NCBI RefSeq assembly: GCF_001949145.1 | Contig: NW_019091356.1 | Location: forward strand, 2,946,713-3,010,712 | Direction: 5' to 3' | Source: Acanthaster planci | Lineage: Eukaryota | Length of the DNA: 64,000 nt | Shown: piece by piece, positions 63,334-64,000 of the stretch | Numbering within the stretch: position 1 is the stretch's first letter | Layout: every line of letters starts with the position of its first letter | Program-made: the position numbers and the translations under genes | The notes under the pieces: generated by a model | What the model was told of the DNA's origin: nothing | Database searches by the model: none | The model's input: the letters and a program-made list of their open reading frames with translations, nothing else

Positions 63334-63997
63334 ACAGGTCTAGCTAGTTACACAATCTTGTGATTCTCAGATTATCTCATCTTTCAATGGCCCAAATTTA
63401 GATTGCGTCATTTGGCCCTGGCAAGGTACCAACCCGGCTGAAAGTGGCGGGAAAGCAGCTCACATTGTATACAGGGTACAGGTCTGGGCTTGGTCAGGTA
63501 ATCACATTCACAGAGGTCAAGGCACTAGGAGTTGACAAGTCTGCAACATTCCAAATCAGGACGGAATGCAAATTTGCAAAATTACGAAAGAACATTACAA
63601 AAGGGGTATCTGCACTGTTTGAAAAAGGGGTACAGTATTTATAAACTATTGGTAGATGATTTTTACATCCCTGTACGTTTACACCACAAACAGTCTGAAC
63701 TTTTTTTTTAATGACTGGTAGTGGTACAATGACATTGTTACTGTCTTCAAGAAAATAGTTATGTTGGTAGATTACATTAGCGACAGGTTCTCGTGAGAGA
63801 CACTACTAGCCTGCATGGTTCATGTGAGGCCGTGTAGGGCAACTGCTTGTTTACGCTGAATTTTTTTCCAAACTATTTGTTTACTTTCCTGTTTCTCCTT
63901 CCTGGCTTTCCCCCTCCACAGTTAACCCTAACAGCCCTCAATCCTCTCCATTCAAAATGACACGGGGGGATTAGGGACGGAGGGCTTAGGGTTACCT
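63322..63997 (+). repeat. Local dispersed repeat, copy 3 (about 680 bp)
   Basis: Colinear with 62067-62810, including the terminal ttaaccctaac ... ttaggg...gggttacct segment. Confidence 0.88.
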
Positions 63998-64000
63998 GTT

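Overview
Eukaryotic (invertebrate animal) genomic DNA with GT-AG introns, two N-gaps and many short inverted-repeat elements. The TACATGTA/AGGCCT-rich introns are reminiscent of echinoderm genomes (inference only). Main content: (1) two divergently transcribed, head-to-head paralogues of scaffold attachment factor B (SAFB/SLTM family; SAP domain, acidic region, RRM, R/E coiled region, G/R-rich tail). Both gene models were built by hand with consistent intron phases: SAFB-A on minus (11 coding exons, about 1190 aa) and SAFB-B on plus (12 coding exons, about 1160 aa), with start codons 5.7 kb apart. (2) Between them, a convergent inverted pair of fully foldable tRNA-Gly-like cloverleafs with different non-Gly anticodons (TGC, TGG), plus a third decayed relative. 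(3) A probable promoter and first exon at about 36.4 kb followed by a long TACATGTA-rich intron-like region. (4) A minus-strand NIK/MAP3K14-like kinase gene traced only to the end of kinase subdomain II. (5) MITEs, tandem arrays carrying NFI-type palindromes, and a locally triplicated repeat near the right end. No CRISPR array, rRNA or prokaryotic feature is supported.
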